From: Octopus vulgaris
Taxonomy: Eukaryota
Reading direction: 5' to 3'
Length of the DNA: 64,000 bases
Assembly: GCA_951406725.2 (NCBI GenBank)
Contig: OX597830.1
Location: 67,952,001-68,016,000, forward strand
Shown piece after piece: positions 50,728 through 62,672 of the stretch. The notes below the pieces were generated by a model. It was not told the DNA's origin. It made no database searches and saw only the letters and a list, made by a program, of their open reading frames with translations. Each line of letters opens with the position of its first letter. Position 1 is the stretch's first letter. Position numbers and translations under genes: made by a program.

Positions 50728-51854
50728 CATGTATATATGTGTGTATATGTGTGCGCGCGCGTTTATGTGTTTGTGTTGATGGAACCTAAGGAAAAGAGAA
50801 AGTCCTAGTAAATTGTACGACAAAGTGGGGGAAATATGACCTCCAGATTTTGAGATTCACAGGGGAGATGACAAAGGACTTTGATGTTTGGTACTTTGGG
50901 CTTCAGAGGACCTGTTCAACTAAGTAAAAATTTGAGGCCCTAAAGGCATAATTATTTATGTCTATATCCCTGCACACAGTCTGTGTCCCTGATGAAGCTC
51001 TCACCTACACCGTATCTTCCTATACTCCTCTCTCCGCCCAGGTTCACCTCTCACTGCATTCCTCTCCCCTCTATCTTCTACTCTCCTTTCACACTCACAC
51101 ACTTACCTACCCACTCACCCTATTCAATCCCTGTACCAGTTCCTATATATACACCTCCCTGTAATTTGATGGAATGCCCCAACACATCTTCTTCACCCTC
51201 TTCTCTCTCCCTCTGCTTCCACCTGGAATAGCATTGTATCTCCTCTACTGCAACATACCTGTTTCTATCCCATCATTCATCATCACCTGGCACAAAGCCA
51301 CCTCACTTAACACTGATCTCTTCCTCAGTTGAGTGGTCTTGTCCTGCAAGTTACTTGGTCACCTCACTAGTGTTGGTGCCACATAAAAATCACACTGAAC
51401 TCTGTAAAGTAGTTGGTATTAAGAAGAGCATCCAGCTGTAGAAACCATGCCAAAAGAAATAGTTGGGCTTGACATGATCTACTGCCTTACCAGTTACTGT
51501 CAAACTATCCAATCCATGCCAAGTGGCTAGAGGACATTAAATGATGATGGTAAAGAGGATATAGATTTGTTCTTTTTTAAATTCAGAATGCTCAACTAAC
51601 ACCAAATTTTATTGTTTAGTCAAGTCATATTTTATACATTACTCAAATGTATTCCATACCCTGTTTTAGACCTAAATTGGGTTATATTGTATATGTGAAT
51701 TAGGTATATTTTAGAATGTAATAATTTGCCTTAATCAGTTATAACTTCTTTCAACTTAACCAGTTGTTTTTTGTACCTTAATCAGATATAGTTTATGGAC
51801 TAATCAAATATATTTTGTATCTTATATATGTTATATTTTCTCTTGTAATTTTAG

Positions 51855-51964
51855 GGACTCGATTCAAGGTTCCAGCTGTTGTAATATTTGTTGGAGATAA
51901 AATGGAAACTCTGAAGTCAGTCTCTGATTCAATATCACGCAACATCCCAGTTGTAATAGTAAAG
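51855..51964 (+). CDS. TRPM-family channel exon (GTRFKVPAVVIFVGDKMETLKSVSDSISRNIPVVIVK); gene presumably continues downstream
   Basis: aattttAG acceptor and AAG|GTTAGT donor; 110 nt, phase-compatible. Shows the P-x-V...PVV-x-V pattern that precedes GSG in MHR1/2. Confidence 0.88.
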
Positions 51965-52599
51965 GTTAGTAAACAGACTATTCTGTAAATAAGATTATTA
52001 AATGTTTATTCAGTCTATAATGATTGCATATCTGATGAAGTCTGTAGTTAGGAAACCTAAAAGGAAGGGCTATATGAGTATTTCGTTGGTGCAGAATTTT
52101 ATATCAATATTTTATTTAATGATTTACCTGGTTGTTGGTTTTCTGGTCAACTGGTTAAATCTTATAATTATTTTCATTGGATAAATGTATTTAATTCTGA
52201 GTATTTTATAACAAATGTTCTTTAAAAAGTATGTCTCTAAATTGAACCAAGTAGAGTAATTTATTTTCTTAATATTATCAACTTATGGAAAATGGTCTCA
52301 TAGACACTGTGGTTCCAACTTGTTGAAAGTCATGAGGTAATTAGAAAACTGTAGTACCTTCTGTCTTTAATAACTTGTTCTTCCTACTAAATATTATCAA
52401 CAATACCTTCACTAGAGCTTAGCTGAAACAAACTATACACACTGTTTAGCCCCATATTTGACCAGCACAAAGATCCATCATGCATCACACCAGTCCTGTC
52501 TGGACCCCTAATCTCTTAATTAATTCCAACAATCTTCAAAGACAACTAAATAGTACACTTCACATCCTTACGAACTATGTATAAAAAGTTCTAAATTTG

Positions 52600-53980
52600 A
52601 AAGATGAGGAATTATATACATTATTTACATTTGACGGATAATTGTCCTCATCTTGTTTGTAGCTAATACGTTTAGGCTGATATACCCTCCAGCCTTCATC
52701 AGGTGTCCTGGGGAAATTTCGAACCTGGGTTCTCATTCCTAAGGTATTTTTCCGATGTTATTATTATTATTATTCAGGTTACTGCCTGGAATCGAACTCA
52801 GAATCTTGGGGTTAGTAGCCTGCACTCTTAACCACTACGTCATATGCCCGTGGGCAATTATGGAGTGAATTTTAGGGCTTATAAATCTAATATTATCCTA
52901 TCCTTCCTTAATACTGGTTCCCATATGCTACTCATATCTGCACTCAGTCTGCTTAGGAGGTTGTTGTGTCCTAGCATATGTGCTGCTTCTTTTAGTTTTC
53001 TTATTTTCCAGTGGTGTTCTCTGTTATTTAACTTCATCCCACAGGGGGAAGTGGTCTCCAATTTCCTATACATGATCAGCTATACTGATTTATCAATATC
53101 TGCTCGTGTCACAGCTTTGCAATGTTTGTCTACCCTTATTTTGAGGAAGGGGGCATGTTTTGCCTTTTTATAACCTACCACAGCTGCATGGGATGGAGTA
53201 CACGCAGTCTTTGTTCATATTTTCTTCTATTAGTGGTTTTATTTGGAGACATTTGCGAAGTGTTGTATTACTCTTGAATATTGTCCTGATGTCATATGGG
53301 CTGTATATCTTTTGTATCTTTTTGGAGAGGCCTTTCACATAGAGTAGACAGATTGCAGTCAGTTTATAGGTTTCAACCTCTCTTCACTTCATAATTGAAG
53401 TGGATAGTATGTTTTTGGGGTAGTTGTTGCTTAATAGATTGTTACTTAGCTTGATCGGTTTTTCGTGGTGTGCTACATTGTTACTTATATTCATTGCTTG
53501 ATGTTTAAGACGTATTTACACAGTATGGATGGTGGGGATTGAAGTTGAGGTATCGTATAGGGAAGGTTGGCTTGCGGTATACGGATGTACTGGATCCAGA
53601 CTTGGTGCGTGTTATTAATATGTCCAAGAATGCTAGCTGATCGTCTTTTTCCTTTTCCATTGTAAACTGTATGAATGGCTTTATTGAGTTCGCATGATCT
53701 AACAGTACCTGGACATCTCTCTGGTGGGGCCAGAGTATAAAGATGTCATCAACATATTGCAGCCATAGGGTTGGTTTTAGTAGTATTGATCCTAAAGCCA
53801 AATTCTCATAGTATTCTATGTATATATTGGCTTTTATCGGTGATAATGGAGAACCCATAGGTAAATCCTCTTCCTGCCAATATATATTACAGTCCATTCT
53901 GAAGTAGGTAGTTTCTACACAAAAGGTCAACATTTCCATCAAGTTTCCTATTGGTATACTAGTGCGTTCTTTTAGACAGG
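52600..53980 (-). mobile_element. Penelope-like element: RT and GIY-YIG remnants, then tRNA-like head and decayed hammerhead
   Basis: LPMGSPLSP, YVDDIF, FLDI and YRKPT, then VYSIPCSCG and RKLKEA to the stop at 52879. tRNA-like segment at 52849-52773. CUGAUGA-A-GGCUG...CAGCC-UAAAC at 52702-52669. Confidence 0.85.
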
Positions 53981-54029
53981 TGTCTGTAACCAGTTTTTCT
54001 TGAATCGCTGATAGTTGGGACTTTGGTGA

Positions 54030-54459
54030 ACAGACTTACCACATCTAGGCACACCATCTGGTTCGATCCAGTGAGGGTATCCCCGATCAATTCCGTGAAG
54101 TGGATTATAGATTATAGCATGCCCATCTGACAACAAGTTATGCGATAAGGAAGAAAGAAAACTCACTAGATATAACAGGTTAGCTTGGGAGGTTAAGCAA
54201 CTGTGGTCGCTGAAAAAGCTAGAAGTAGTACCAATAATTGTCGAAGCCCTGGGAACAGTGAGGAAAAGTCTTTAGAAGTACGTGGAACAAATAGGGAACA
54301 GCAATAAGGATGGAGCACCTGCAGAAACATCATTGCTTGAAACCACTCAAATATTCCAGAGGGTGTTCGGAAAATAAAGGGTGTTACTTTAGTTCACTGG
54401 TCGTGAACAGCTGACACCTTAGTACATCTCCAGCATTAGAAGCTGTGCAAAGAGAATAA

Positions 54460-54520
<61 letters not shown>

Positions 54521-57500
54521 GGAAAATACGCAAGCTGCTGAGTTGTAATAGGATGCACTACCCAAAGGCAGACGTAGATCGCCTTTACCTTCCCAGAGCC
54601 CAAGGAGGTCGAGGCCTGATCCAATTTGAACTAGCTTACAAAACAACCACAATTGGACTGGCCAAATATCGTGAAATAACGAATGACTGGATGCTAAAGC
54701 TCGTGGAAAATCACGAGAGACGAAAGAAGCTTCATTCTATCATAAAGGAAAGCAAAAAATTTGCTATTGATCGCGTGCAGGATACCCAAACTGAACAACC
54801 CGAGGGAAGTACGGCAACTATTGTTGCAAAGAAGGTGAAAATAATGGCAACGAAAAAGCGCACGAGCAATTGGCTGATAGGTGGGAGGAGAAACCTCTGC
54901 ACGGCAAATATGTGGCCCGCAGCAAACAAGCTGATTTTGACCAGAAGCAAACCCATCAGTGGCTACGGAGCTCAGGGCTAAAAGCAGAGAGCGAAGGTTT
55001 CATCCTGGCTGCTCAAGATCAAAGCCTATTAACCCGGAACTACCAGGCCAATGTGATGAAAAATGGAGCAGACCCAAAATGCCGATTCTGCAACGACATG
55101 ATTGAAACAGTGGACCACCTAATCTCTGGATGTAAAGTCTTAGCACCAGTGGAGTATAAATTAAGACATGACAGAGTTGACCAATATCTACACTGGCTAA
55201 TAAGTCGGCATTACAATATCAAAACTGCCGACAAGTGGTATAATCACCACCCTGAAGCTGTAACTGAAGGAGAAAATGTAACGATTCTGTGGGACTTTCC
55301 AGTACATACAGACCGAACCATCAAAGCCAATAAACCAGATATTGTTGTGAAAGACCAAAACAATAAAGTTTGCTTATTGATCGACATGAGCATCCCCTGT
55401 GATCATAATATCTCAGCGAAAGAGTTTGACAAGCTCAGAAAATATAAAGACCCACTCATTGAAATTGAGAAAATGTGGCATCTCAAGGCGGTTACAATAC
55501 CAGTGATCGTAGGAGCACTAGGAATGATCAAGAAGGGAACCGAAAATTATATGAGAATGATCCCTGGTTTACCATCCCTGCAAGAAGTGCAAAAGATTGT
55601 CTTAACTGGTACATCACACGTATTGAGAAGAGCATTGTCGATGTGAGAACTATTACTACCCATGTATTTTAATTTAGCTTTTAAAAAAAATGAATGAACT
55701 ATTGAGTTTAGTTTAATGGCCTACCATTAAACTAAACACTCGGCAAGAAATGGAAGCAAATTTGAAAGACAAAAAAAAAAATAATAATAATAATAATAAT
55801 GATAGCAGCCTAAGATCTATGCCTACCTACAAGAAACTACCAGGACAATATATTAAATGACAGTGGCTGCTCAACATATAGTGTACGTCAACAACAAAAT
55901 AACTCTATTGATCGTGTTGTCTCCATGTGCAATTCAGTGATGGCATCAGCATGCAATTTGGCCTCAATAGATGTACAAAAGCTACTTTTATCAAAGGAAA
56001 AATGACAGAAACATCCAATGTTAATCTTGACCAGTAGAATGTCATAAAGGAGTTAGAACCAACGGAGAGCTACAAATACCTAAAGAAATTTGAAGGGGAC
56101 AGAATCAAACATTCAGTGATGAAGGAAAGGATCAGAAGAGAATATTACCACAGGGTTAGGGCAATACTCAAGACAGAGCCGAATGCAAGAAACAGGATCG
56201 AAGCAATCAATACTTTAGCTATACTAGTCGTGACTTACAGTTTCAATATCATTAATTGGTCAATTACTGAAATATGTAATCTTGACAGAAAAATACGAAA
56301 ATTGTCGACAATGTATAGAATGCACCACCCTAAATCAGATATAGAACGAATTTACCTGCCAAGAAAAGATGGTGTCTGTGGACTTTTACAACTGGAATTA
56401 ACAACTTTTACAACTGGAATTAACAACTGGAATTTACAATGAAGATTACCACAATTGGCTTAGACACCTACCTGAAAAACTTATCTCAAAGCATGAAAGC
56501 GAGAAAGCATCATACTCAGTAACAAAACAGGCAAAAGAATATCTAAGTGAATTCCAAATTCAACAGGTTCCAGTATTAGATATACAAGAAACAAGCAGAG
56601 GAAAAGCTAAGCCTATGAAAACCAGTGCTAAAACTGCTGCTTTAGATATTCTTACTGACAAATGGCAAGAAAAACCTCTCAATGGCAAATGCCCAAAGAG
56701 AGCTAATAATGCCGATGTTGACAAAGCCCTTACCCATCAATGGCTAATGTCTTCTGGCTTAAATTTAGAAACAGAAGGGTTTATCACAGTAGCACAAAAT
56801 CAATGCCTACCTACAAGAAACTACCAGGCCAACACGTCATGTATGTCAACAACAAAACGAAACCATTGATCATGTTGTCTCCATGTGCAGTCTTCTTGCA
56901 CATACAGAGTATCTCAACAGGCTTGAGATATTGATACACAAAATATTCACTGAATGATTTGCAAAAACCTGGACCTGTCCTATAATAAAAACTGGTGGGA
57001 ACACAAACCACCTCCAGTGCTTGAAAATGATCACATCTCACTCTTCTAGAACTTCACCATTCAAACTGACAGAAAGATAGATGCAAATAGGCCAGACTTC
57101 AGACAAAAATCATGTCACCTCATTGATATGACTGTCCCAATCGATGTAAATGTATTTGTTAAGTCATACCTAAAACTGCCCAAGTATAAAGATCTTGAGA
57201 AGTACATAGAAGAAATAGGGGCTGCAATAAGGGTAGAGCACTTGCAGAAAACAGCACTGCTTGGAACCAGTCGAATACTCCGGAAGGTGCTCAAAAACTA
57301 AGAGGTGTTACCTTAGTTCATTGGTAGTGAACAACTGACAGTGTAGTACATCTCCAGCATTAGAAGCTGTGCAAAGGCAATAGTAATAATAATAATAATA
57401 ATAATTGCCCTGATGCAGTACCAGGCAGTGGCTCTCGTGGCTTCGGATCTTAACTGATTGGAAGTGTAATCATGTACATTGTATTGTCTTGATATAAAAG

Positions 57501-59290
57501 ATGGGCTACAGCAAATATTCTTCTCAATTTGCTTGCCAGTTTCTTGACCTTAACCAGTTGAGCATGTCCCTTGGTTGCTGATGATATGTGCATCTCTGAT
57601 CATGAGCAGAAGTAGTGGGGGAGCATCATAGCCATGTATTGAGAGGAATTCTTTGGGGTTTGGATAATTCACCTCTGGAGACATTGGTGTTTCGGTCAAC
57701 ATCCTTCAATATTCCTTATTCAGTGACTTTGAGTGGAATGAGCTACTCAATATGAAGAAAATTCTAACTGGGCCCCACTAGTGAGCTCATGCACTATTTA
57801 TCTTGATATGAGTTCACTATATCACGAACACATATGGTTGTGATGCATGTATCTGGTGTACCCTTATCAGGCGGGTAGTCATGATGGGTATGCTAGGCTT
57901 TGTATATTTTACCCCAGTGACATTCTGATGTCATGCACTGCTCTCTCACTCAATAATGATAAAAGAATTTTCGTCTTGGTAAGTGCACTACAGCAACTTT
58001 TACAAGTGGCAAGATCAGGCAAACAGCTTCCATGAAATTAGTTATCAATGCTATCATCAAAGAGATTGACTCACAAGAAAATTACAAATACCTGAGGATA
58101 AACAAAGGAGATGGTATAGAACATGCTACTATGACGGAAAAGTATAAGAAAGGAGTATTACAGGAGAATATGACTCATACTAAAAACTGAATTCAACTTG
58201 AAAAATTGCATTAAAGCCTTTAAGACAGTGGCACTTCCAGCAGTCTAATATAGTTTTAGCATCATTAACTGGTATCTTACAAGGCTTCAACACCTGGACT
58301 GGAAGACAAATTAGCTACTAACGTCTAAGGACATACACCAACCAAAAGTAGTACCTACCTAGATATAATGGGAGAAGAGGAAAGATGCAGGTAGAACGGT
58401 GCTATAAAACTTCCAAAATGGCAATGAACAGGTACTTATCTAGTACAGAGGCTGGACGATTACGCTTCTGTTCAAACACGAAAGGAGCAAAAGTTCACAT
58501 TCGATTGTCAAGGAAGTTTGGAAATTTGCAAAGGAACTTGGTATTAACCCTGAAATAGATGAAGGATCTGAAACCATTGCCACAAAACAAGCAAAACAAC
58601 TCAAGCAGACTGCAAAAAGGAACGGGCAGAAACAAATTGAGGAACAGTGCAACCAGAAGCCTCTGTATGTATACTATATACTTCGAAGTCAAAATACTGA
58701 TGTAGACAAATCATCAGCCATCAGTAGCTGGGAAACTCAGGACTGAAAGCAGAGACTGAAGGTTTCATACTGGCAGCACAAGACCAAAGCTTGCACGTAC
58801 AAAACTACCAGGCCAACGTTCTTCAAAATGGTTCTGACCATGAATGTAGATTGTGTGATAGATTTGATGAAACAATAGACCATCTCGTCTTGGGTTGCCT
58901 TGTGCTGACACCAAACGAAAACAAAATTCATCACGACAGGGTAGGACAGTATTTACATTGGCAAATATAAAAACACTACAAAATCAGTTCTTTTGCTTAC
59001 TGATATGAACATCATCCTGAGCCAGTCATTGAAGGTAAAAAAATGTTACTATTCTCTTCAATTTTGCAGTTAACACGGACAGAGCGATCCACGTTAATCG
59101 ACCAGACATAGTCATTAAAGAAAAAGAAGAAAATACTTGTAGACTAATCGATCTAAGTAATCCCACTGATAAAAATATATCTGTAAAAGTATTTGAGAAA
59201 TTAAGTAAATATAAGTACCCGGTAATTAAAATACAAAAGATGTGGTATCGTATACGAGAACTGTCCTGTCATTGCAACTGTCAGTGGTAT
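54030..59290 (+). mobile_element. Stack of R4/Dong-like RLE LINE 3' fragments, each abutting (TAA)n; best preserved copy about 54522-55790
   Basis: ORF 54870-55646 has LHGKY, EGFILAAQDQ, a CCHC finger, RHD, ILWDF, KPDIV and IDMSIP...KY...PVIVGALG. Similar decayed copies at about 54030-54455, 55930-57380 and 58040-59290. Confidence 0.88.
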
Positions 59291-60289
59291 GATAAGAAAT
59301 TTGAACTCAGAACATGGCAGACGAAATATTACTAAGCATTTCGCCAGACTTGCTAAGGATTCTGCCAGTTCACCAATACTACCTATGTGTCGATGCTCCT
59401 TTCAAACTATTAAATTGTCTATGTTTGTAGAAACATCTTACCTAAGCTGTGTCAAACATGTCGATGCTCCTCTAAAAAATCTAGATTTCTATAAACTTGC
59501 TGTATGCTAGAATTTTGGCGAGTTTACCTGCTTCCTCTTTGACCATGCTATCTCTCATTTCTCCTCTCCCACTCGGTCTTCAATGCTGCTATAAACATTC
59601 ATACGATAGGATGACTATTGTACGTCTCCCCCAAAAATGCGTAAGCCTGTTATTTCAAACTATGAAATTGTCTACGTTTGCTAAAACTTTGTGATGCTTA
59701 TAGATTTTAAAATTACAATATGATGTTCCACACATATATTCCCTTACTGTAGATGCGATATGAGATTTTATCCATATATTACTATAGTCTTGTTAAAACT
59801 TTGAGATGGTGTCCATAAATTTCCATATCTTACCTATGCTATGTCCAGCGTGTCGATGCTTCTCTCAAAAATCTTGATTTCTATAAATAAATTTGAGTCA
59901 TGCTGGAATTTCGGCGAGTTTATCGGCTCCCTCTTCGGCCCCTCAGGAGGGAACAACGCTACTAGAGTTCTGAGTTGCTACCTTCAGAAAACCAAATATC
60001 CACCTAAACACTTATCAATCTGATAAAAACATAAATAAGGTCGATTACCTCCTCGCGGGTCAATAAGATAGGCAGCTCCTCACAAATTAGAATTTTTTTC
60101 TAGGTGAAGAGTGTAGACACCAACATAGGCTCTAGTTAATGACTTCAGAATTAGTGTTAGAATGAATCGGAGAGATAAAACCTATTAGAAAAGGTTATGG
60201 ACCCAACAAGGAAACAGAAATTTAGAGACATGTTAATGGAAGTCTCTGATGTTAAAGTGAAAGAGGAGGTAGGAAAATATACCTTAGAT

Positions 60290-62664
60290 CAGTGATTCCC
60301 AAGGTGGGGCGTACGCCCCACTGGTGGGGCCTGAGAAAATTCAGGTGGGGCGCGGGGCATAGACGTGGGCTGTGAAAATATTTGTACATGACGAGCGGTC
60401 ATCGCGGGCACAACCTTAGATTCCGTCTTTCCTTTGAAGCCTCCACATCGGAAACTCTCGCACCCCAGCGAGACAAAGAAGATCCCGCACTGAGCAATAA
60501 ACTTACTATTCAGATAAGCCAATCAATTGCCTCAATTAGTTTGCCTCAATTAGTCTTTTGTTAGCCCTATTGAAAATGAGCAAACCAAACAAGAAGAAGA
60601 CTCGTCAATACACGGTGGAGTTTTTGAAGTTTGGATTCATTCCTGATGAGCATGATGAGCGTAAACCGTTTTGCTTATTATGTAATCAGACGATGAGCAA
60701 TGAGTCAATGAAGGCAGGTAGGCTGGAAGCGCACTTAAAGGTAAGACATCCTAATAATTCTAATTTAGATTTGGAATACTTCAAATCATTGAAAGAAAAA
60801 TTTAAAAACCGAACAAAACTCACTTCACTATTTCATGCAAAACAAGCGCCTCATACTCGTGCCCTTGAAGCCAGCTACGAAATCTCCTTGCTTATAGTAA
60901 AACATGGAAAGAATCACACTATTGGAGAGCAACTGATTAAACCTGCTATCTCAATATTCTTAAAAACTGTATTACAAAAAGATGATGGAGATATCAGGAC
61001 TATGCCACTCAGTAATAACACTGTCTCGAACAGAATAGATGAAATGGGGCAAGATGTTGAAAGCCAGCTCATTGAGAAATTAAGATTGCGTAAGTTTTCA
61101 TTACAAATGGACGAATCCACAATCCGGGACAGTGAGGCTCTGTTATTGACTTATGTGAGGTATATTGACCACGAGGAGTTTCAGGAAGAGATGCTGTTCT
61201 GCGAATCGTTTGAAACCACCACAACTGCAAATGATATTTACATCAAAATCAAACATTATTTGGATGCAAACAAAATACCAAAGGAAAACTTACTGGCATG
61301 TGCGGCAGACGGTGCACCTGCCATGATGGGCAAGAATACGGGATGCTTAAAAATGATGAAGGATGAAAATCCAAACATGTTGACTGTCCATTGTGTAATA
61401 CACCGAGAAAACTTGGTTGCCAAGAAATTGTCCCCTGTTCTTAACAAGATTCTTCAAAGTGTGATCAAGTGTGTCAACAGCATTAAAAGAAATTCTAAAT
61501 CTGAACGTCTTTTTAAGCAGTTTTGTATAAATCAAAGTGCCGAACATGTTCGATTATTGCTTCATACAGAAGTAAGATGGCTATCAAGTGGAAACTGCTT
61601 AAAGAGGTTCATGGAATTATTTGATCAGATTAACGACTTTCTTAGTGATAAATGTGAAATGAAATTGCTGTCAACAACGGATGGAAAAGCATTTGTCAGT
61701 TATTTGACAGACATATTTGAGAAACTTGGAAACTTGAATAAACAACTTCAAGGTGCAAACATGACACTTATTGATGCAAAAGCAAAGATTTTTGGATTTA
61801 TTACAGCTCTCGAATTATGGAAAAAGAAATTTTCCAAAAGAAATTTCAGTGAACTTTACTGGTTGAGTAAATGTGAAATAACGAATGATGCTGGCATTGT
61901 AATTATTGATCATTTAAATATCTTGATAAAGGATTTCAATGACAGATTTTGCGATTTAAAGGCAATGAATTTTCCTTCTTGGTTAACTCAACCGCTTCTG
62001 ATTAACGTTTCTGATGCTACAATCCAATACCAAGAAGAGTTATCAGAATTACAACATGATGAATCAGTGAAGACTTTGTTTAAATTGAAAGGTACAAAGA
62101 TGTGGCTATATGACGAGGTTGAAAGAAAATATCCTAAAATTTCTACATCAGCGAGAGAGCTACTGATTCCTTTCCCTTCGTCTTATTTGGTCGAATGTGG
62201 TTTTAGTGCAGTTGATAATTTGCTCGAAGCCAAGAGAAACCGGCTTGAGATTACAAAACGTGGCGATTTACGACTGAAATTAACAAAGTTGTCTCCTCAA
62301 ATTAAAAACTTGTGCTGTATGCATCAGGCACAGGGTTCTCACTAAATTAGTCGAGCTGACCGTCAAATAATTGAACTGAAAAAACGTGTTTCTTTATTCT
62401 TTATAAATTGACATTTTTTAAAAACATGAGAAATCGTAATAATTTTATCGATTTATTGGGTGTTATGCACTTTCAGTGCCTGTTGTTTCAATTCTCAAAC
62501 TATTTTTTTGTATTTTGAATAAATTTTTTAAATTTTTGATTTTTTTTCAATTGTAAGTAGGCCCACATGTACTTGTAAATGTGAGTGGACATGGGAAAAG
62601 GTGGGGCGTAAAAACTTTTGCTATGAAAAAGTGGGGCGCCGGGAAAAAAGGTTGGGAAACACTG
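60290..62664 (+). mobile_element. Full-length hAT transposon of the Buster/Charlie group (2375 bp)
   Basis: TIRs CAGTGaTTCCCAA / TTGGGAAaCACTG. 8-bp TSD CCTTAGAT (nnnTAnnn) at 60282-60289 and 62665-62672. Subterminal GTGGGGC repeats at both ends. Confidence 0.96.
60576..62345 (+). CDS. Intact Buster-type hAT transposase, 589 aa (ZBED5/ZBED8/SCAND3-like)
   Basis: No stops. BED finger CLLC...HLKVRH; catalytic D (MDES), D (ADGA) and E (YLVECGFS); CxxH (CVIH) and RW motifs; C-terminal dimerisation region ending QAQGSH. Confidence 0.93.
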   Translation: MSKPNKKKTRQYTVEFLKFGFIPDEHDERKPFCLLCNQTMSNESMKAGRLEAHLKVRHPNNSNLDLEYFKSLKEKFKNRTKLTSLFHAKQAPHTRALEASYEISLLIVKHGKNHTIGEQLIKPAISIFLKTVLQKDDGDIRTMPLSNNTVSNRIDEMGQDVESQLIEKLRLRKFSLQMDESTIRDSEALLLTYVRYIDHEEFQEEMLFCESFETTTTANDIYIKIKHYLDANKIPKENLLACAADGAPAMMGKNTGCLKMMKDENPNMLTVHCVIHRENLVAKKLSPVLNKILQSVIKCVNSIKRNSKSERLFKQFCINQSAEHVRLLLHTEVRWLSSGNCLKRFMELFDQINDFLSDKCEMKLLSTTDGKAFVSYLTDIFEKLGNLNKQLQGANMTLIDAKAKIFGFITALELWKKKFSKRNFSELYWLSKCEITNDAGIVIIDHLNILIKDFNDRFCDLKAMNFPSWLTQPLLINVSDATIQYQEELSELQHDESVKTLFKLKGTKMWLYDEVERKYPKISTSARELLIPFPSSYLVECGFSAVDNLLEAKRNRLEITKRGDLRLKLTKLSPQIKNLCCMHQAQGSH

Positions 62665-62672
62665 CCTTAGAT

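Noticed and set aside
52773-52849. Genuine tRNA gene (also SINE heads at 50342 and 24874)
   Set aside because: A and B boxes are present, but the acceptor and anticodon stems do not pair properly and the segments are embedded in repeats.
60558-62345. Domesticated host gene (ZBED5/ZBED8/SCAND3)
   Set aside because: TIRs and identical TSDs are retained and it interrupts an old LINE, so it is a transposon.
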